A stretch of 64,000 nucleotides of DNA from Chrysomallon squamiferum (lineage: Eukaryota > Animalia > Mollusca). Where the stretch lies: NCBI GenBank assembly GCA_012295275.1, contig CM022671.1, forward strand, positions 29,140,001 through 29,204,000, written 5' to 3'. The notes under the pieces are model-generated. The model was not told where the DNA came from and searched no databases. It worked only from the letters and a program-made list of their open reading frames with translations. Both the position numbers and the translations under genes were made by a program. Of this stretch, positions 55,206-64,000 are shown one piece after another (within the stretch, counting starts at the first letter, position 1; each line of letters opens with the position of its first letter).

Positions 55206-57908
55206 CTGTGAAAAATAGAACAACCAGTTCTATATACATATTTGTACATGAACAAGGGTCAGATTCCAAAAATTATGAATCGAAATTATGAATAGAAATT
55301 ATCAAATTAAAAAAAACAAAAAAAAACAAAACAACAACATTGATAGAAAAAAGACAGAGAGAAACACAGATATACAAGGAAATTGCTTGACAGATATAGA
55401 AATAGAGAAAATGAGAGCAGACAAAGAGAAAGATAGACAATCGATCAATTAGAAAGGAAGTATGGCGGTTTGACAGAAAAAAGAAAAGGAAATATCCGAA
55501 AGACAAAACAGAATAAAAAGAAACAAAAATTTAAAAGAATAGGATAGAACAGTACAAGGAATAAATAAAATAATAAATAATATATTAGCAGTTATTTAAA
55601 AGTTTGAAAAGTATAAGAAAAGAATAAGAAAAGTAAAAAGATAAATAAATAAATAAGTAAGTAAATAAATAAATAAATAAACAAACAAACTATTAAATAA
55701 ACAAATAAATAAATTAATTAATTAATAAAGAAATAAATAAAATAAAATAAAACTCGGGCTTGCTATTCAATACATAAATGAAATCTGTACAGTAAAAGTA
55801 ATCACTGAAAAATATAACATGGGAGAATGAATGAATGAAGAAAGAAAGAAATTTCAAATAAAAAGTAAAATAAAATAAAATAAAATAAAATAAATAAAAT
55901 ACGAAAAAATACGAACAAACAAACAAACAAACAAACAAACAAACAAGCAAATAAATAAATAAATAAATAAATAAATAAATGAACAAACAAACAAACAAAC
56001 ACTTACGTTGCACGTTAGCTGGCTGTTCGTCCCTACTTCTAGTTCTTCCAAACTCGTGACAAAGGTTTCATTTAGTGACAGGCTCAGTCGTTACTGTAAA
56101 ACATAAATGTCACTCTGCTATCACGGTGACCAACAACAATAAAAAGCACTCAGCCGAAAAATATGCGCACCAGACTGTCACATACTCACACATGCATAAA
56201 TAAATTCAGGAAACGTTGGAGACGGTTACGAAAAATGTTGTTCTTGTTGTTGATGATAATGATTTTTAATGATAATTAGGTTGCTGTTGTTGATAATAAT
56301 GATGGTAATGATAACTGGGTTGTTGTTGGTGTTGTTGATGCTGATAATGATTGGTAATGATAATTATGTTGTAGGTGTTGTTGTTGTTGATTGTGATGAT
56401 AATGTCGATGATTATCATGATAATGAAAGGGTTTACGATGATTGTCTAGATGCGATTATATAATTCTTACTATCGTTATGGATTCTTCAAAGCACGTGGT
56501 ATGTGGTGTCTTGGCCATCTTCTTCTAATTAACAAGAGTAGCCTTTATTTTCTCTGATCAGACAATTATAGATAATATCTCTCACAGCACCTGTACAGTA
56601 GCTTGTATGTATGCATCTATGTATCAAGAAAGTCTCAGTGATGGAAAACATGGCTTCTCACGATGCACGCCCTTCTTTTATCTTTCGTCATTTTTGGGTG
56701 CGTCTATTTTTTGGTGGGAAACCTGGCACTGGCAGGTATGTAGTTTAGAATTTGAATATTCTCTGACGTATTCACATCTGTTTAGACTCTGCACTTAGAC
56801 AGTATTCAGGAGCGCACTGACGCAAGGTCACAAAGTCCACTCACGATTTCATGTGTGTATGTGGATGTGCATGTGTTTATGTGTATGTATTTCTTTGTGT
56901 ATGTGTGTGTTTGTATTTATATATGTGTGTATGTATGTGTGTGTGTAGGTATGTGTGTGTGTATGATTGTGTGTATGTGTGTGTGTGTGTATGTGTGTGT
57001 GTGTATGTACGTAGATCGTATGTGTGATGGATGTATGTATCTACGCATGTACTGTCCTGTATATTTATGTGTTACCTGACCTTTTTTTTTTTTTTTTTTT
57101 TTTCCTTGGGCGTTTTGGTTTTACGAGAAATACAAATAAAATAATAGGTGAAACTATTCAGACAAAATTAATATGTTTTTGTCTATACAGAATGTTTTTT
57201 TTTTTTTTTTTTTTGCGTAGAATGTGAAACAGTGGTGTGGTTGAACAAAAAATAAAATGAAATATTATAGAGCGACATCCAAACACGTTTTAGTTCAAGT
57301 CTATTCATCACTTTTTTGTCTTCGTTTTGTTTTAATTGTTCGTGTGTTGCTGTTTTGTTGGGGAGGATGGGTGTGTTTTGTTGTTGTTATTTTTTGTTGT
57401 TTATTTGTTTCCTTCTTCGTCTTCTTCACTTCTTTTCTTTTCTTTAGTTTGGAGAGGTTTTCGTTTAGTCTTGAAAAATATACTTTCCGACTTTATTTTT
57501 CTTTACTACTAATACTACTAATATACTGATATTATTAATACTACTGCTATTACGACTATTGTTATTATTACTATTACTACTACTGTCAGCATCATTATTA
57601 GTAGTAGTAGTTGCTGATGTTTTGTTCTTTTATACTAGTAGTAGAAGTAATAATAATAATAGTGGTGGTAGTATTTGTAGAAGCAGTAGTAGTAACAGTA
57701 GTAGTAGTAATAATAGTAGCAGTAGTAGTAGTGGTAAGTGCAGGATTAGTAATCTGTTAACAGAAGTTAACTAATACAGATCTAAAACTTTAGCATTAAT
57801 TAAGCCATTGTTCGTTTTTATTGGATCATTAGTTATATTTAAATAAATGTCATTTTCATATTTCATCCTATTCGTAGCTATTACAAGTCTATAATTTGTA
57901 GAAAAAGA

Positions 57909-57952
<44 letters not shown>

Positions 57953-58015
57953 TAACAACAACAGCAATAACTAATAATGACAGTTATTATTATTATTATT
58001 ACTATTACTATCATG

Positions 58016-58072
<57 letters not shown>

Positions 58073-58688
58073 GTTGTTATTATTAATATTATTTTAAAAT
58101 TAAAAACTTCGTTCAGCCAGGTGGTTTCCCGTTCCACTTGCTCCCTGCTAGTTACTGTTAAGCCGGAAAAACCGGGTCTTATGTTTTTATGTCTTTGATC
58201 ACACCCAAAAGTTCCCAGCGTATTTTTTTCTTGACCTGTTCAGACCGAGGAAAGAACGATAAAGATTTGTTACCTGTGAGTGTCTGATTAACACTGAGGT
58301 AACGCGTGAATAACGATGAACAAAAACAAATTAACTATAGATCGTTGCGTGTAGCGGTCACGGTTCGGTGAGTTCGTGTGAGATTTTGATCCTGGATTTG
58401 TCGGGTTCGTAACGGAATATACTGAATAAGGAAAAAAAAGCTGTTTTATTCTTCACAGAAGTAAAAGAATATGAATGTTCCTGGATCGTGCATCCGTTGG
58501 GAAAGGCCTTTAGATCGAATCTCATTTTAAAATAATATTTAAAAATAAAGAAAATGTTCCCTGTTTTATTTAAATTGTATTTCGGTTTTTTTATTATTCT
58601 TTTTTTTTTTTATTCTTTTTTTATTTATTTTTTTTTTTTTTTTTTTGTTTTTTGTTTGCTTGTGTGCTTGTTTGCTTGTTTGTTTGTT

Positions 58689-58723
<35 letters not shown>

Positions 58724-59096
58724 TGGATATTTATTTTATGTTCTTTCATTCATTTGTTCATTCTTTTATTTTATTTGTATTATTTTATTATTTGCAAGTA
58801 TTTATTTCTTCAATAATTCATTCATTCATCGATTCTCTCATTCAATTTTTTTTTTTTTTTTATCACCAATTATTTTTACTTTATAAATTTAAATTATATA
58901 TTAAATAACAAACACAAATTATTATCCTAATGATATTTAATATGCATAACAAAAACAAAACAATAATAATAACAACAATATCACAAAGGATAGTCGAGGA
59001 GAGAAGTTATGACCACAGGTCAAACGTATAAAACTTCCTAGTTCGGGGGTCTCAAAGCACCGTTCAGCTTACTAAAAATAGCCACTTGGGTTTGTG

Positions 59097-59107
59097 TATA
59101 TATAAAT
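59097..59107 (+). promoter_or_regulatory. TATA box of IL-17
   Basis: TATATATAAAT about 45 nt upstream of the ATG at 59149. Confidence 0.55.
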
Positions 59108-59148
59108 AAGAAGAAACGGCAAAATGTAACAGTGAGATTAAAACAAGA

Positions 59149-59398
59149 ATGCTTTTGGCTTCGGTATGTATGTTAGTTTGAATATTTGTCTGTCTGTTTG
59201 TTTGTGTGTTTGTTTTTGTTTGTTTGGTTCTTTGATTGTTTACTCTTTGTTTATATTAAAAGACAAAAGTAGAATCAAATCGAAAGCTAAATTAAAATCA
59301 TTGTTATAATCATTATCATTATTATTATTATTATTATTGTTGTTGTTGTTGTTGTTGATGATGATGTTGATGCTTTTTAGTCGTCGTTGTTGTTATTA

Positions 59399-59432
<34 letters not shown>

Positions 59433-60055
59433 GATACTGTTGTTATTCTATTCGCGTATTGTTTTAATTTTTGAATTTTTGTCACTGTGTCTCCTTCACT
59501 TACAAATGATAAAAACAAATTTGTTAGGTTGAAATATGTTTTAAAATTTAATAAATAAATAAATAATACAGTTTGAGGGGTTAGCGCTAAAAGGTCGTAA
59601 CTGCATTGTTGCCAAACTGAGTTTCAGTTCTCTGGCATTTGCATATGTACTGATATAGGTTTTTAAAATTTCACATATTTACAGCTTGTTGAAAAACTCA
59701 TATATTCACAATTTTTCATGACAATAGTTTTAGTCATTAGCTCACCCGACCCCCATAATCACTTACGACACTTCGGCATATAAAAATCACAGAAAGTCGT
59801 AAGTGTAAATAAGTCCTTTTGGCATAAAGTGAATTGAGACATGTATACAGGAACAGAACGTCGTAAGTGCACTTACGTCTTTTTGGTTTTGATATATTTA
59901 CCAAACAATCATGGCGTAAGTGTCATTACGACATACTGGCAAAACAATGTAATGTGTGAACGTACTAATTTCAGTGGAACAAAAATGTCGTAAGTGGAGT
60001 TACGACTTTTTGGCATTAAGACTCGCATGAACTATGATTTAGACGTTTTATACAC

Positions 60056-60129
<74 letters not shown>

Positions 60130-60800
60130 AGAAATATCAGATTTACTTTTTTAATGTTTTTATATTTTTACTACCACCAAGACAACATATCGTAGAAAGA
60201 TATTTAATAAAACTCTTTTCATAAAAATTTTTATTTCAGGTTATTTTATTTACGACAACAACGACATGGATGATGTCGTTATCCACTTCAACGCCCTGTC
60301 ATTGCGAAGACCCTCCCGAAATTTTATCACGAAAATCTGAAAACATGGAGGAAATGGTCTTCCACTGGCTGAAGGAAAGAAACCTGACAAACCTGCCTCA
60401 TTCGCCGGAGAGCGACTACAACTTCCTGCTTGAAGAAATCGCCACTACGACACTACTCGGTTCAAAAGACTGCCCGCGAAATCGCAGACGACAAGCGGAA
60501 ATGGACGATTATCAACGAGCGCTGTGTCCGTGGTATTACGCGCTCGATATTGACGACGACAGAGTGCCGAGGGTGATGGTGCATGCGCAGTGCAGCTGCA
60601 AGCGTTGCCAGTTTTCCGCGGGACGTCATTCAGGGCACTGCACCGCTGTGAAACACGGCAGACGCGTTCTGAGGCGAGTCGGCTGCGACGTAGACGGATT
60701 TTACGTGTACCGAGAACTCGAAGAGCTGATTCCTGTCGGGTGTGCATGTGTTAGAGCCACGATACGACCTCTGAGAAACCAAGCACACACTCCTCCATAA
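59149..60800 (+). CDS. IL17: Interleukin-17 family cytokine, 2 exons, about 191 aa
   Basis: Exon 1 59149-59163 (MLLAS|GTATGT); exon 2 60240-60800 (tttcag acceptor) completes the signal peptide. Cystine-knot signature QRALCPWYY..DDDRVPRVMVHAQCSCKRC..CTAV..VLRR..C..EELIPVGCACV. A short phase-0 first exon is typical of IL-17 genes. Confidence 0.92.
59751..60016. repeat. Array of about 5 imperfect 20-bp palindromes with variable spacers in the IL-17 intron
   Basis: Consensus GTCGTAAGTG-CACTTACGAC-TTTTTGGCA; copies at about 59751 (partial), 59796, 59860, 59913 and 59987. Confidence 0.7.
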
Positions 60801-61099
60801 ACACTTTATCCGTTTATCTGCATGCTTTAAACAAAACAAAAAAATCAGTGAATACTTTTGTGTTACCTGTTTTTGCATTATGATTTTTGGTGCAATTTCT
60901 GTGTTGATCTGAAATAGGTGCTTTTTTTTCTTTCTTGTTCCTTGTTATTCCTTTAAATACATAATCGTTATACATTTTAAAGCTAATATTTGACAAACGC
61001 AAAATTGTCATTAAAAACCCCCAACTAATACGTCTTTAAAAAATGCCGGACAAATTCAATAACATTTTTGTTATTGTTAATACATTCAGTAAATTATAT

Positions 61100-61220
61100 A
61101 TATATTTATGTATATATAAAACTTATTTATTTAAAAGGTAATAACAGTTTTATTTATTATTATGTAGCCAACGTAATTCAGGTAAATGTTTACATTATGC
61201 AATGATAAAATAAATAAAAT
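61100..61220 (+). promoter_or_regulatory. AU-rich elements and poly(A) signals in the IL-17 3' UTR
   Basis: TTATTTATTTAA at about 61123, further ATTTA pentamers, and AATAAA twice at about 61209-61218. The AT-rich background weakens the call. Confidence 0.4.
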
Positions 61221-61346
61221 TTTAAAATTAATCAGCTGTTGTTTTATTAATTTTTCATGATCTTGTTTTTTCTACTGTTTTTTGTCTGTTTGATTTTGGG
61301 GGTTTTGGGGGGTTTTTTTTTTTTTGGTTTTGTTGTGGTTTTTTAA

Positions 61347-61398
<52 letters not shown>

Positions 61399-62009
61399 GT
61401 TATGTATTGACATATTTATTGATTTATTTGTTTGTTTAACAAAGACACCGTCAACAATTATAAAAGGTTTTTTAATGTATGTTTTAAACACACCAATCTT
61501 TATTATACACTAGAGTATCTATATGCCCTGAGATACACACACATGCACAAATATATATATATCCACACAGAGATACACATATAACGCAAAGATACATTCC
61601 TACATATAGGCAATGCATTTAAGCTGAACTTAAGTTCGTCTTTGAATCGATCGAAAAAAAAAAAAAAAAAAAAAAATTAGGTAAAATAACGTACAGACAC
61701 ACACACACAAAAAAAGCTAAACAAACAATCGAACAAAACATTAGCTTTTACCGAAATCTATCCTATATTTGTTTTTATCTCCTGTTATTTATTAACGAAT
61801 TCACGTAAAAAGCAAAGCCAAATGACGAAAGTGTCAGTCACTTTCTTTAACAAGGATTCCGAGTGATGTGAAGTTCTCTGTACACATTTGATAACCACTT
61901 AAAACTGTAAAGTAAAAAGAAAAAAAAAAAAAAAAAGAGATTTTTTTTATATTATTATTATTAACAAAAAGAAATCGAAGAGACTGAAACAAGACAGTAA
62001 AACATTGCA

Positions 62010-62137
62010 ATGGAAATTCTCCAGCTTGTGATATTTTTCCTGTTTTGGGAAAAATTATTAGGTAAGTTAATTTGTACTGTTTTCTTATATATTAGCTCAA
62101 TTATTAATTTTAAATATTGTTTTTGAAATGTTCAGTA

Positions 62138-62234
<97 letters not shown>

Positions 62235-63568
62235 AATACAGTATAAAATATGACGGATCAGGACAAACTAAGGGTCATGATAGGCGTGCTAAAATGTTGT
62301 TAACTTAGCCTTTCTTTCAGCTCCATAAACAACAGTCACAAAATAACATAAAAAAATTTAAAATTAAAACTAAAACTAAAACTAAAATAAAACTAAAACT
62401 AAAACTAAAACTAAAACTAACACTAACACTAAAATCAAAATCAAAATCAAAATTAAAATTTAAATTTAAATTAAAACAAATTAAAATCAAAATCAAAATC
62501 AAAATTAAAATTAAAATTAAACAAACAAACAAACAAACAAACCAATATAAATTTCCCCAGTGATTACTTGTTTTTTCCGAAATTCTTTCAGCCGCTTGCC
62601 CGAACGCGAGTTTTATCGAAGATCACGCAAAGAGGAAATGCTATCTACGGCTAATGAACAACGTAACCTGGCAAGAGGCTAAGAATATTTGTGAAAATGA
62701 AGGCGCCATGTTGGCTAAGATAGATAACATGAGCGACCATCAGTTTCTAGTTGACCATGTCTTGTGAGTAAATCAGTAAATAATGTCTGTCTGTCGATCT
62801 GTCTATGTCTGTATCTATGTCTGTCTATGTCTGTCTGTCTGTCGATCTGTCTACGTCTCTCTGTCTGTCTGTCGATCTGTCTATGTCTCTCTGTTTGTCT
62901 GTCTATCTGGCTGTCAATGTCTCTATTTCTGTATGCCACATGTCTAGCTAAAAATTCGTACGGCTCTATAGCTATGTCAGTTGATCTATTTTTGACTGCT
63001 TATCTATGTTGCCATCTATTTATCTCTGTTTATTTCTGTTTATATGCCTAACTGACCATCATTTTCTTTTTCTATCTCCCTACCAACTTATCTCCTATCT
63101 ATCTACCTATCTACCTATCTTCTGTCTGTCTATTTATCTATATATGTGTATGTCTGTATGTTGATCTATCTATCTATCTGTTTGGCTGTCAGTTTGTCTG
63201 TTTATGTATGTGTTTGTCTGTCTGTTAGTCTATCTCTCTCTCTATCTATCTATCTATCTATCTGTCTGTCTATCTACCTATGTACCTACCTACCTATCTC
63301 CCTACCTGTCTCTCTGTATCTTGATTTAGAACACCCGATTCTTACTGGATTGGCCTGAACGATCTCGCGCAAGAAGGGACGTTCGTGTGGACGGACAGTT
63401 CACCTTTCACGTTACCTGACTTGTGGAAATCGGATCAACCGAATGACGGGACGTACAAGAACTGCGTCAGATATGACGCTAATCGTGAACTTCGAGACTC
63501 AGTGTGCAACAGGGGTCGTTACTTTTTGTGTCTGTTTCTTTTACCTGCCGAACCGAACCAAAATCAAG
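62010..63568 (+). CDS. C-type lectin domain protein (perlucin-like), possibly 3'-incomplete
   Basis: Exons 62010-62061 (signal-like MEILQLVIFFLFWEKLL), 62592-62763 (ACPNASF..KCYL..VTWQEAKNICENEGAMLAKID) and 63330-63568 (YWIGLNDLAQEGTFVWTD..WKSDQPND..NCVRY..LRDSVCNRGRYFLC). There is a donor G|GTAAAA at 63568, or read-through to a stop at 63597. Confidence 0.88.
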
Positions 63569-64000
63569 GTAAAATTCGAAAAAAATGTTACGGTTAAATT
63601 AAGTTCATTTGAAATGTGTACTGGTCAAATATTTCTTTGTTTTTGTTACTAATGATGTTGTTGTTGTTGTTTTATCTTGTGTTGTTGTTAGCAGTAATGG
63701 TGGCGTTGTTGGCGTTGTTGATGTATTTATTAGATGTTGTAGTAGTTTTACTATCATTTATGTTGTCTATATGATCAGCAGCAGTCCATCACCAACATCG
63801 TCATCATTATGATTATATGTTGTCCTTTTTACTACACCATTATCATCATAATCGTGATCATCATCATCATCTTCAGTATTACTGGTGTTCTTAGTGTTAG
63901 GCTATTATTATTATTATCATCATCATTATTATTAACATCATCATCATCATTACCATCATCATCTTTATTATTAATATCAACATCACCATCGTCTTTATTA

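Noticed and set aside
56641-56735. Short ATG-initiated frame ending in AG|GTATG
   Set aside because: No recognisable protein similarity and no compatible downstream exon found.
59751-60016. CRISPR array interpretation of the spaced palindromes
   Set aside because: Eukaryotic intron, degenerate repeats, spacers of 16-44 nt and no cas genes; retained only as a repeat finding.

Overview
AT-rich, microsatellite-dense animal genomic DNA, most likely a mollusc and possibly a gastropod (inference from gene content and one SINE-like remnant). Almost all ORFs in the track are artefacts of simple repeats. Splicing by hand at GT-AG sites gives six genes: (1) the 5' part of Elongin B on the minus strand; (2) a complete 14-exon SLC13 Na+/di- or tricarboxylate cotransporter of about 587 aa; (3) a Pif/BMSP-like shell-matrix protein of about 961 aa (signal peptide, Pro/Gln-rich repeats, vWA, one intact and three degenerate chitin-binding modules, LamG-like domain); (4) a convergent paralogue of about 506 aa with no vWA but a 147-aa (Gly-Thr)n tract between two Cys-rich modules, then LamG; (5) a two-exon IL-17; (6) a perlucin-like C-type lectin that may continue past the window. 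Also present are hAT-type MITE remnants, minisatellites that have duplicated SLC13 splice sites, and a short array of spaced palindromes in the IL-17 intron. The most interesting candidate system is the tail-to-tail Pif/LamG pair, whose members carry different low-complexity inserts. All gene models are manual and not confirmed by transcripts or database searches.
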